A stretch of 64,000 nt of DNA from assembly GCF_006345805.1 (NCBI RefSeq), contig NC_043015.1, positions 16,988,001 to 17,052,000 of the forward strand. The letters run 5' to 3'. Positions 36,576 through 48,308 of this stretch are shown piece after piece. The DNA is from Octopus sinensis. Its lineage: Eukaryota. Within the stretch, counting starts at the first letter, position 1, and every line of letters begins with the position of its first letter. The position numbers and the translations under genes are program-made. The notes beneath the pieces are model-generated. The model made no database searches, was not told the DNA's origin, and saw nothing but the letters and a program-made list of their open reading frames with translations.

Positions 36576-38297
36576 TCCTGGATATTAGGAAAAGAGAAAT
36601 AGTAGGGAACATTCTTGTAAGTAACAGTAGAGATAGTGAGGATAAGAAAAACAACAAACTATTGCTCAAGGAACTCAAACTCTGTTATATGCATATCTCT
36701 TGATAATGTCCTTTTGCATATTCTTAGAGGCTTAAGGAAACTTGTTATCTGGAAACAGCATCAGCAAAGCCAGACTCTTCTTCAAGCCAATTTCTTCCCA
36801 CTCTGCTGCAGTTGTTATATCTGCTGATAATATTAATGACTTGCCTACTGTTGATTTAGTCTTCTTTCATTTATCTCAGACTTCTCCAAGTCAAAAACAA
36901 GGACTAATTGAGTATATAACTCCACTAACTCATAATGATAAGTTATCACCTCTAAATCTACCTGATATGGTTGGGGCATAGCAACTGACAAGCATAACAC
37001 GAGTGTTATGATTAGTTCCAATGTTAGTGTCATGATGCAATCAGAAATACCTTTGGATAGAGAAAGAAGGGATCTAGCTATTTCTGTTTTGATGGCAAAA
37101 CCAACACCAGAGTGGCATGGTTTGTCTTCATTCTTCCACACCAGAAAAATAGGTACCCACCTTTACTTTCTTCTAACTGTGATGATCCTGCAAGATGAGT
37201 TTCGCTTAGTGCAGCTATGTCAATGTTGTATTTCTTTAACTCAAGACAACCAGTGCTGTTTTTCATTCTGGTGCTGAGTGACTGTCTTGAGAGTGCGCAC
37301 ATTCCAAAAACCAAGGTTAATATTCTTAGATTTCTTCATGTTTCAACTGCGTTACTGAATAATAAGACATCTGCAGTGGGCTGCCAAGTTTAAGGTGAGT
37401 AAGCAATGTTTGGGTTCCTTTTCTCGCCCCTCTCCTGGATATTAGGAAAAGAGAAATAGTAGGGAACATTCTTGTAAGTAACAGTAGAGATAGTGAGGAT
37501 AAGAAAAACAACAAACTATTGCTCAAGGAACTCAAACTCTGTTATATGCATATCTCTTGATAATGTCCTTTTGCATATTCTTAGAGGCTTAAGGAAACTT
37601 GTTATCTGGAAACAGCATCAGCAAAGCCAGACTCTTCTTCAAGCCAATTTCTTCCCACTCTGCTGCAGTTGTTATATCTGCTGATAATATTAATGACTTG
37701 CCTACTGTTGATTTAGTCTTCTTTCATTTATCTCAGACTTCTCCAAGTCAAAAACAAGGACTAATTGAGTATTATAACTCCACTAACTCATAATGATAAG
37801 TTATCACCTCTAAATCTACCTGATATGGTTGGGGCATAGCAACTGACAAGCATAACACGAGTGTTATGATTAAGTTCCAATGTTAGTGTCATGATGCAAT
37901 CAGAAATACCTTTGGATAGAGAAAGAAGGGATCTAGCTATTTCTGTTTTGATGGCAAAACCAACACCAGAGTGGCATGGTTTGTCTTCATTTCTTCCACA
38001 CCAGAAAAATAGGTACCCACCTTTACTTTCTTCTAACTGTGATGATCCTGCAAGATGAGTTTCGCTTAGTGCAGCTATGTCAATGTTGTATTTCTTTAAC
38101 TCAAGACAACCAGTGCTGTTTTTCATTCTGGTGCTGAGTGACTGTCTTGAGAGTGCGCACATTCCAAAAACCAAGGTTAATATTCTTAGATTTCTTCATG
38201 TTTCAACTGCGTTACTGAATAATAAGACATCTGCAGTGGGCTGCCAAGTTTAAGGTGAGTAAGCAATGTTTGGGTTCCTTTTCTCGCCCCTCTCCTG
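36576..38297 (-). mobile_element. Tandemly duplicated 857/860-bp 5' part (AP endonuclease) of a BovB-like RTE LINE
   Basis: ELKKYNIDIAALSETHLAG...GYLFFWCG...SGVGFAIK...CYAPT; two near-identical copies joined at tcctg. Confidence 0.85.
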
Positions 38298-39049
38298 TTG
38301 GGGAAATTAGGGCTGTATCCAAATAGACCTACCTTGTCACCACTGGAGCACAGTTACTCACAAGTTCTGTGCTGGAACGGCCATCGTCCAATGGTCACCA
38401 GCTGTGTAGAGATCTAGCAAGAGACTTCCAATGATATCTTTTACCTGTCCCTGCTGCTATCACTCTATTGCCAGAGGACTTTTTGATTTTTGCTAGTTGA
38501 AGCTGTGCTGTATTGAATGAATAAAATATAAGTTGTCAGAAAACCCACACATATGATTTGAGTGTTGAAGGCTTGTGTAGAACCAGCTACACTTTTTGGA
38601 AGTGATGATAGCAAAAATATGGTGCACATATGTGCCACAAAACAACACACTTCAGGCATTTTCTTCAAAGGTTTTCATTTAGACAAGCTTCTATAAACAA
38701 GTTAGAGAGCCTAGTCTACCCTATGAGTCACAGTTTGCTGATAGTACAGCCCTGTTAGGGAGACCCTCAGCAACCAAAGACCTGGTTTTATATCAGAGTT
38801 TTCCTCTCCTAGATGGGATGCCTTCCACAGTTAAGGAGCCCCATCTACCCCCTACTACATGGAACTAAATACATCAAATTTAATACACACACACAGTTGT
38901 ATGGCTGTTGGCTACTCATGAGTTCCTCTGCCCTTTATGACAGGTTTTATTTTTCGTCCTGCAGGATGTCCAACAATCACCCTCCTCATCAAGCAAGCTT
39001 GGTGGAATTGCCAGTTTAGTCACCAATGACCTGACCATGTAACAGGTTG

Positions 39050-42000
39050 TACTGGGTTACATATACATATATCTGATGAGGTAGGTGGTGTAGGCATACT
39101 TCTTGCAGAGAAATGGATTAAGATCATAGAGGTAGCCAGAGTGTCCAGTAGAGTACTTAAGCTTAGGCTAGTTTTGCAGAATAGTACAGTGATGATTATC
39201 TCTGCTTATGCCCTGCCAACCGGGTCTAACAAATGAACAAAAGGACCGCTTTTATGACATCCTTTTGCAGGCTACCACAAAGATGAATGACAATGATCAC
39301 ATCTTTGTGGCTGGTGATTTCAATTAATGTGTTGGGCAGCAGCCAGGTATCTTCCATAGTGTATATGGGGGCCACAGAATTGGTTCATGCAATGAAGAGG
39401 GAACAAGGCTACTAGAGTTCTGTGATGGCAAATAACCTATCGATTTGCAACACTAACTTCAGGAAGCCAGACAGCCATCGGATAACCTATCAATTGGGTA
39501 ACCATGCCAGCCAGATTGATTACATTCTCACCAGACAGTGAGATAACATGGTTGCTCATAAATGTAAAGACCTCTGGTGAAGAATGTACACTGCATCATA
39601 GACTAGTCATTAATGACTTTAGATTTCAGGCCAGAAGGACACTAAGAAGACCAATTTGGAAAAGAAGGATCTGGAAGCTTAAGGATCCTCTGTATGGTCA
39701 GAGATTTAGGCCATTAGAGCAAAGAAACAAGCCTTGAATGGACTGGAAGTGTGGTGGTAGCAGGGAATTTATTAGATAGCCAGAAAGGAAGCTAGGAGGC
39801 AGGTATATTTAGTCAGGGAAGTAGCAGAAAAAAAGAAGTTTACCAATGTTCTGTGACATGAGGACCAGAGACTTGAAGTGTTTCAGACTGCAAGACAGTG
39901 AGAGAAAATCGTGATGTCAAAGGAGAGAAATGTGTCTTCATGGATGATGGTTTGCTTGCATTTAATGATTCTGCAAAGAAAGAGGCTTGGAAATGCCACT
40001 ATGAAAAGCAGTTAAATGTGGAAAATGAATGGGTCAAGGAGTCTGTCAAACATTGACCCAACTGAGGGACCAGCTCTCTAGATCAACAGTAGCTTGGTAG
40101 ATAAAGCAATTAAGGATATGAAAACAGGTTAAACCCTCAACCTACCAGGAATCACCGCTGAGGTGTTTATATCTGGCAGTGTAGGATATAGCCTAGTCAC
40201 CCATATAGTTAATAAGGTTGTCCATGAGGAAGTCATACCCAATGAATTGTGTAGCAGCATTATAGTCAACTGCTTAGACAGAAATAATAACAGAGGCATC
40301 AAATTGTTGGATCAGATGATGCAGGTCCAGAAAGGGTCATAGCTCAATTAACTAGGGAAAAAGTTACTGTAGATGAGATGCAGTTCAGATTTGTACCAGG
40401 CAGGAGCATGACTGATGCTATATTCTTGGTTAGGCAAATGCAGGAGAAATATCTAGCCAAAAATAAACCCCAGTACCTGTTTTTGTCAACATGGAGAAAG
40501 CTTTTGACAGGGTCCCCCATTTCCTTATCTGGTGTAGAAGCTAGGGATATATGAGTGGCTTGTGAGAGCTGTACAAGCCATGTACAGAGATGCTGTCAGT
40601 AAGGTGAAGATTAGCAATGAATATAGCAATGAATTCAGGGTACAAGAAGGGGTTCACCAAGGATTAATCCTCAGCCTCCCTCTTGTTCATCATAGTCCTC
40701 CAGGCAATAACAGAGGAAATTAAGATGGATTGCCCCTGGGAGCTGCTCTGTGCTATGCTGATGACTGTACTCTTATAGCCAAATCACTACTGGAACTAGA
40801 GAAGAAATTTCAGCTGTGGAAACAAGGCCTAGAATCAAAGGGCCTTACAGTTAATCTAGCAAAAAGTCTTTGTAAGTAGGAGAGCAGACAAATCACAAAT
40901 CCCTTCAGGTAGATGGTCCTGATCAATCTGTAGAAAAGGCATAGGTAGAAACTCCACAAGATGTACCAGGTGTGAGCTATGGACACATAAGGGGTGCAGC
41001 AATATAAGAGGAAGGTTAACAAGGAAACTAGTTTTTGTGTGTGGAAGGTGCACAGGTACACTAAAAACATACAGAAAATAGACTTCATCAAATGCCAGTG
41101 GGGAAAGCTAGAAGTAGTAGATAGCTTCCATTATCTAAGTGACCAAATCAGTAGTGGAGGTGGATGCTCCGAGGGCATAGTTCCTAGAATAAGAATAGAG
41201 TGGGCAAAGTTCAGAGAGTTCCTACCTCTGTTGGTAACAAAGGGCCTCACTCTCAGAGTGAAAGGCCTGTGTGTGAACAGCCGCGCTACATAGCAGTGAA
41301 ATATGGGTTGTGACTGCTGAGGACATGCGTAGACTTGAAAGAAATGAAGCTAGTATGCTTTGCTGGATGTACAATATCAGTGTGCAAGTATGACGGAGTA
41401 TAAGTGTCTTGAGAGAAAAATTGGGTGTATGAAGCAACAGATGTAGTGTGGAAGAGACGACTGCACTGGTATGATCATGTGATGCATATGGATGTGGACA
41501 GCTGTGTGAAGTGCCAATATCTAAGAGTGGAGGGAAACTGTGTTAGAGGGAAACCCAGGAAGGCATGGAACAAGTTGGTGAAGCATGATCTTCAAACATT
41601 GGGCCTCAAAAAAGGCAATGACTAGTGACTGAGACCTTTGGTGATATGCTGTGCTTGAAAAGATACATCAAGCTGAGTGAAACCATTGTTGTGGTCATGT
41701 CATGTAACTGATACCTGTGCTGGTAGCATGTAAAAAGCACCTTTCAAGCATTAAGCCTCATGGAGGCAATGTGGCCAATGTTGGTATCATGTAGGCAGCA
41801 CCCATACTGGTGGTACATAAAAAGCACCTTTCGAGCATTGGGCCTCACAGAGGCAATGACAAATGACCAAGACCTTTGGCAATATGCTGTGCTTGAGAAG
41901 AAGACCTATCAAGCCAAGGGAAATTGTAGTCATGGCAGATACTGGTGTCATGCAGCTGGCATCCATGCCGATAGCATGCAAAAGCACCCATTACTCTCTC

Positions 42001-42147
42001 GGAGTGGTTGGCATTAGGAAGGGTATCCAGTTGTAGAAACCATACCACATCAGACTGGAGTCTGGTGCAGCTCTTCAGCTTACCAGACTGGTCAAACTGT
42101 CCAACTCATGCCAGCATGGACAACAGATGTTAAATGATGATGATGAT
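39050..42147 (+). mobile_element. Near full-length degenerate RTE LINE (endonuclease, RT with PHD insert, 3'UTR)
   Basis: GGVGILLAEKW, IISAYA, IFVAGDFN, IDYIL, YADD region at about 40755, CRKGIGRNSTRCTRCELWTHKGC, RRLHWYDHV; ends gttaaatgatgatgatgat. Confidence 0.88.
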
Positions 42148-42341
42148 TTATGTATTTATATATATGACAGGTTTCTTTCTGTTTACACTATCAGATCCAC
42201 TCAAAAGGCGTTCATCAGCCCAGGGCTACAGCAGAGGATACTTGCCCATATCCCACACAGTGGGATTGAACTCAAAACCACATGGTTGAAAAGCAAATAT
42301 CTTCACCATACAGCCATAACTTGTAAAATTACCATCCACAT

Positions 42342-42347
42342 TTTATT
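42342..42347 (-). terminator. Candidate ERCC8 polyadenylation signal AATAAA
   Basis: tttatt on +, about 215 nt past the ERCC8 stop and just before a convergent SINE/RTE 3' end. The sequence is AT-rich, so a chance match is possible. Confidence 0.35.
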
Positions 42348-42561
42348 TAAAATATTCAATTATATAAATATAAATATAGATTTGTCAGTGATATCAAAAA
42401 CGTTACTTCATATGAAAATGAAATTTTGTCCATACATTTATAAATTTTGACCTTCATCATTCATTCATGATTCTTCTTTAAATCTTACCTGATTTACAAT
42501 ATATTTATAAACACTTTATAGTTATAGGCAAACACTTCTTTATGTATTTGCCTGAAGTCAT

Positions 42562-43067
42562 TTAATCTTCATCACTACTCCATGTATCAGCTGTTGGCAG
42601 AGCTGTTTTCTGATTAAAACTTTGAGTTCTAGCTTGTGGTCTCTTTTGGCAGCTAATTGTTCTTAGATGTTCTTCATAGGCATCATCAGTGTTTGGAACC
42701 CATATAAGGATATTACGGTCATTTCCTCCAGAATACAATTCCTGGTAGTTACGCTGAAATTTGCAACAGTTCACTTGGTTGTAATGTCCACGCAATACAT
42801 CAATTTTAGATCCTGAGAAAATATTATAAATGTTAATGTCACTACCTTCAGGGATGAAAATAACATCAGGTGAACCGTTGTGTGAAACAGATATTTTGAC
42901 ACAGCGTCGGCTCATGTTGTTAATTTTGCCATAGTTTACCAAAGTGTTTCTTCCTGAAGCTGTACTCCACAACCGAATACACTGGTCAGTACCCAGAGTT
43001 ACCAAAAGAAGACCGTCTGTTGTAAATTGCAGTCCATTAACATGGCCATCATGAGCAAATACATGTG
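42562..43067 (-). CDS. ERCC8: ERCC8 coding exon 5 (terminal)
   Basis: tttccctttcag|CA CAT GTA TTT GCT CAT GAT GGC..., 506 nt to TAA. AHDGHVNGLQFTTDG...GRNTLVNYGK...ELYSGGNDRNILIWVP...ADTWSSDED*. The five exons total 1227 nt = 408 aa + stop. Confidence 0.96.
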
Positions 43068-43651
43068 CTGAAAGGGAAAAATATTGCTTGGTATGATTAT
43101 AGAATTGTTAGATATACTGACTTTTTTTTATTGCAAGAGCAATTTTACAGGAGAAAAGATATTGTCAGTTAAACTGACTCTAGTATAATGTCAGTACTTA
43201 TTTTAAACTCAAAGGAAAGCTCTCATGCATTTGCACTAAAATGAAAAAGGATTTAAGAGTAGAAGCAGTGAAAGTTAATATCTAATGCTCTTGAACATCT
43301 TCAAAGATTGACTTTTTTTACTCTATGCTACAGCTCAGCAGTGTCTTGCTAAATAAATAATGCTGATATATGGACATAGTCAGTGGTAATAATTCAAAGT
43401 TAAATTGCTTGACAACCGATGCTGGTGTGTTTACGACCCCGTCACTTAGCGATTTGGCAAAAGAGACCGATAGAATAAGTACTGGGCTTACAAAGAATAA
43501 GTCCCGGGGTCGATTTGCTCGACTAAAGGCGGTGCTCCAGCATGGCCGCAGTCAAATGACTGAAACAAGTAAAAGAGTAAAGAGTATAGTCATTGTGTAA
43601 GATGTGGGTAATCTTTGATATATATACAATTATTACAATTCTTAACAGAGG

Positions 43652-43871
43652 TATGAGGTGGTACTGAAAAGTTCCTGGCCTTGTGTAAAAGAAAATACAG
43701 GAGGATCAGTTAATTATAATTCTATTCAACATATTCTCCTCTCAGATTCACACACTTATTGCAGTGGTCTTTCAGTTTTTCAAAACATTGTAAAAAAACT
43801 CAGAAGGTTGGGCCTCCAACAAGACCTTTCATAATACCCTTAAAGCCACAAACTTTTCAGCACCCCTCGTA
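43652..43871. mobile_element. Mariner-derived MITE in ERCC8 intron 4
   Basis: TA-flanked TIRs tatgaggtggtactgaaaagtt / aacttttcagcacccctcgta. Confidence 0.8.
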
Positions 43872-43974
43872 AGTCTGCAGCAAATATTGATTCTGAAATA
43901 ACTGAAGGCTTTTTTCTAGAGGAAGCTTACTACTTTAAGCTAGAGAATGTACCATAGTTTAGATATTCTTTTCT

Positions 43975-44353
43975 ACTCAAGGCACAAGGCCCGAAATTTT
44001 GGGGAAGTGGGGCTAGTTGATTAGATTGACCCCAGTACACAACAGGTACTTAATTTATTGACCCCGAAAGGATGAAAGGCAAAGTCAACCTTGACGGAAT
44101 TTGAAACTCAGAATGTAAAAACTGACGAAATACCTATTTCTTTACTACCCACAAGGGGCTAAACACAGAGGGGACAAACAAGGACAGACACACGGATCAT
44201 ATCGACCCCAGTGCGTAACTGGTACTTATTTAATCGACCCTGAAAGGATGAAAGGCAAAGTCGACCTTGGCGTAATTTGAACTCAGAACGTAGAGACTGA
44301 CGAAATACCGCTAAGCTTTTTGCCTGGCGTGCTAATGTTTCTGCCAGCTCGCC
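43975..44353 (-). mobile_element. Two tandem tRNA-SINE fragments; the family also occurs at about 56320-56400 and 57270-57640
   Basis: gaccccgaaaggatgaaaggcaaagtcgacc..ggcggaatttgaactcagaacg; contains the reverse complement of a B-box. Resembles a Meta-type central domain, from memory. Confidence 0.7.
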
Positions 44354-44653
44354 ATAGTTTAGATATTAAATCAATAAATTAATATAATTAATGATTAGTA
44401 ACAAAGTCAAAATGAATCCCATAGCTTTATAATTAATTCTTCATTATTTATGTTAATTTTCCTTAGGAAATATTTAAAACATATTTTGGGAGCAAGTTTA
44501 ACCATATAGAACTTTTTAAAATTTGGACATTAGCTTACTGTATAAAAAATATTTATAGCTAAGTGCACTCGATCATTAAGTACCTTTGCCAAGAGACACA
44601 ATACATTATATAGTACTATGACAGCTATGAAAATGTGAAAAAAAATGTCTTAC

Positions 44654-44754
44654 TGTCTTTTGAATTAGAAAGTCCTTCACCATTAAATTGATCCATCTTC
44701 ATTAAAGAGCCTTTTGCTCGTCGAATATCCCACAGAAGTACCTGGCCATCAGTG
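44654..44754 (-). CDS. ERCC8: ERCC8 coding exon 4
   Basis: tctttttag|C ACT GAT GGC...AAA GAC A|gtaaga, 101 nt. (S)TDGQVLLWDIRRAKGSLMKMDQFNGEGLSNSKD (human LWDVRRASGCLITLDQHNG). Confidence 0.95.
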
Positions 44755-45859
44755 CTAAAAAGAATTATTCAGAGACAAAGCTTCCATTAGAATTCAGTCA
44801 ATAAACCATCCTGTCAAGTATTGAATTTTTGAAATGTTATAAATACATGCATGTGGAAAAGTGTATGTATAGATAACTCTTAAATATTTTAAGACAGAAT
44901 AATTATAAAATCCATTGTCTACAATTAGACTAATTAGACTGAATTAAAAAGTTAAACTTCAGAAAATTTTGCTCGTTTGAAACACTCTACTTATATACAG
45001 GTATTTTTAGGGCATGACAACCAAATTCATTTCAAACAATTGTTATTGGGATAATGTGCAATATAGATGGGTGCTTCAATGCTTAATTATACAAGAGTAA
45101 AGTTAATTTAGACATACAAGTTATTTGTTTCTAACAATTGTCTACAAAGGTCTTTTTTCCAAGTCATAAGAAAATATAGAGCTATGGTAAAATTAGTATA
45201 AGACAAAATTAGTTTGGATAAGTTACAATATAGGTTTGTACAAAAATATAGAACAAGAGAAACTACAAGAGAAGTCCTAAGCTAAGATCAAACATTTCTA
45301 TTTTGCATTTACAAACTTGGAGAAGGGTTTTGGTATAGTGGGTGCTGAGAAAGATATGATAAATAAATGGTCCAAGGGAACATTATAAATTATGTTGTAC
45401 AAGAATGCTGTAAGCAAGGTTAGGATTGGCAATAAATTCAATGAAGAATTTAATCTACAGGGAGATATTCAGTAGGGTTCTGTATGTAGCTTTTATTCAT
45501 AGTAAAAGATAAGGAATGGCTGACTTTAGAAATATTTGAAGGAAATTAATCTGATTCTCATTGCAGAATATAGAAAAGTGTTCCCAGCTTGGAAGAATGG
45601 TCTAGAATCAAATGTCTAAAGTGTAACATAGGGAAAGAGATGCTATTGTGGAAGTGATTTTATATCATATGTGAAAAAAGGGTTAGTAGACACTGAGAAC
45701 TAACAATTGATATTTAGTTAGTACGGAGAACTAACTTCAAACAAATTGGTATACAAAAGATGCAGTGGGATCTCTAATGGATCGATAGGGAACCAAAACT
45801 TCATGGATTATTCAACTGGCTTGCTAGAAACTGTAGATAGTTTCTGCTACCTAAGAACA

Positions 45860-47620
45860 AAATTATTATTAAAATTAGTTGGAGTGACCATTTTTTGAGC
45901 AGTTTTAATCCAGGTGTAGCAAAGCTGTTGTGGCTTGGTTAATGTTTTTAAGAATGTCAATATAGGTTTGATTTATGCCTATTGTGATGGGGGAATGCAG
46001 GATGGCCTTCTGCTCTTTTGAGTTAAAGGCCTTTTCATAGTCTCAGAAGCTTTTGCTATGGTCTTGTTGATATTCATTTGATTTTTCTTTTATTTGGTTT
46101 ATTGATTGAAGATGATCTATTATGGAGAATTTCTTTTTGAAACTTGGTTAATTTTCATCAAAATCTCTTTCCATTCTATTTTGTATGACTCTAATAAATA
46201 TCATGTACAATTGGGATGATATACTGTTGATTAATAATTTTTGATGTCTTTCCTATCTCTCCTTTTTATGTAGCAGTATGATCTTAACTTCATTCCATAA
46301 ATCAGGGATTTCTTTTTGCTGCTTGGATCCTGTTTAAACAGTTTTGTCATTATCCCTATTACTGGTCTCCCACTTACTTTTATTCAAACAGTTGTGATCT
46401 TTACTGGGACTTTGTTGCTTTCAGTTTTCTTCAATGTGTAAAAAGTAGCCATTTTGAAATACGGCGCGAATTGGCAATATGATGTAATGTTATATTGCCA
46501 AAGAATTATTATTTTCGTTTTTTCCATTGGTTAATACAACTGCTCATAAGGATTCTAAAAAGTTACGTAAAGAATATTTGTAATGGATTTTGATTCTTTT
46601 AAGTCAAGTTGAGCAGTTATAAAAACCCTGGATTTTGGAAAAAAACTTTAGTGTTTGTTGGATGTAACTGAACTCCACGACACTCACTCCTTTGAGACAT
46701 TGGTGAATTTCATGCGTCCAAAGAAAATCACAACAAGTCTATTTTGAATTGTTGATTCATCTATTAGTTAGATTTATGAATTAGCTAGTGAATTATATAG
46801 TCGTACTTCTACACGACGAAAATTATCTTTTCTTTCACATGTGCATAATATAAAATGTTATATTTATATAATAAAACTAATTAAGAAAATGTTTCTCTTC
46901 ATGTTCTTCAACTGTGTATAAATATGCATTTTTGTAATCATTAACTTGTATTTTCATATAGCGGTTAAATGAACATGAAGATAATATTATACATAATATT
47001 AATATTCTTAGCGTTCTATAAGTAGATTTCTCCATGGCGTTATATACTGTAGTTCAGATTTGCGTATAATGATAACACTTAAGTTATAAGTGACGTTTTA
47101 ATCATTATATACACCCTTACTAAAAAAGCCAAATAAAATAATTTATTTCCAAATAGGAAACACAATAAATAGCATTACATTACTGTAATATAGCTAAATA
47201 GAGAATATACTATAATAATATAACCTAAGAGAAAGCTCATGGTAGCTTAATACCGCTATAAATGCATTTACTGTTTCCTCAACAAGAATAGGTGATAATT
47301 CGTCTTGATTGATTTATATTTCATTTACCATTTAATAGTTTACTGTCAAACTTTGTAGCTGTTGATAAATATCTGAACATATCTTTAATATATCAGTTCT
47401 ATCTGGCATGAAATCTCCATTTCTTTTTCTTTAGTAGATATTCTGTCTTTGTGCTTTCCCTTTTTCTATATTTTAGGCCTTTTCTACTCTGCAGAATCTT
47501 TACTATCATTTCCTTTTTTTTTCTTTTTCTCTATTTCTCAGTCTCTAATTGTCTATTTCCTCCTCCTCTTGTTCCTTTAACAATTCAAATTTATTGGACA
47601 GTTCTATTTGAATATCTATT
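45860..47620 (-). mobile_element. Old RTE-like LINE RT remnant in ERCC8 intron 3, split by an about 0.8-kb insertion
   Basis: DRTDILKICSDIYQQL...PILVEETVNA|TLKK...KDIKNY...YEKAFN on the minus strand, with stops. Confidence 0.6.
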
Positions 47621-47835
47621 TGTCTTTCCTGAAGTTTTTGTATGTTATATTTTACCCCCTTTTGAGATAAGGAAATAACTGGTGTTTATAATATCAATTG
47701 CTACAGATTTAAAAAAAAAATTAAAATGAAGAAAACAAAAAATAAACATTCAGAGGTTATATATAATTAGCCATAATCCAATCATTATTTTCTTCAAGAA
47801 AATAACTCATAAAAAAAATACTTGTTTATATTCAC

Positions 47836-48053
47836 CTGCCAGATGCTAAAATGAACTCATCTTTGGGAGACCACTGCACACATTGCACTGGCTTTTGATG
47901 ACCTCTTAAACTATGAGTTGCTGAGCCTGATTTCATATCAATCAGCTTTAGTGAGCTTCCTGTATAGCCAACAGCAATGAGAGAATGTTGTTGAGCTACT
48001 GATGATAAGTGATGACAATAGATGATTCCTTTAAACTCATAATGGTCAGCAAC
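47836..48053 (-). CDS. ERCC8: ERCC8 coding exon 3
   Basis: cctgctacag|GTT GCT GAC...TCT GGC AG|gtgaat, 218 nt. VADHYEFKGIIYCHHLSSVAQQHSLIAVG...DMKSGSATHSLRGHQKPVQCVQWSPKDEFILASG. Confidence 0.95.
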
Positions 48054-48088
48054 CTGTAGCAGGAAGAAGAAAATGCTAGTTAATTTAA

Positions 48089-48308
48089 TCCTTTAGCATT
48101 CCAATTACTCTATCAAATATAATGCTTATTTATTCACATTAAAACAAATTAATCATGTGTTATCTTGTAGCTTAGAGATTTCAAAGATATAATTATTTAT
48201 TTTTAGAATGACATTGCAGAGTAGGTGTGAGATGCTGGATCTGGCTAGTTTGAGCATAAAACTGGTAGAATATTTGGGCCAGGTATGGACAGTTTAAATG
48301 CTAAAAGG
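48089..48308. mobile_element. piggyBac-type MITE just upstream of the ERCC8 exon 3 acceptor
   Basis: TTAA|tcctttagcatt...aatgctaaaagg|TTAA. Confidence 0.7.

Noticed and set aside
38700-38880. Possible HDV-like ribozyme in an RTE 5'UTR-like segment (also about 53740-53860)
   Set aside because: RTE 5' ends can carry such ribozymes, but I could not fold a double pseudoknot by eye. An Infernal or RNArobo search would be needed.
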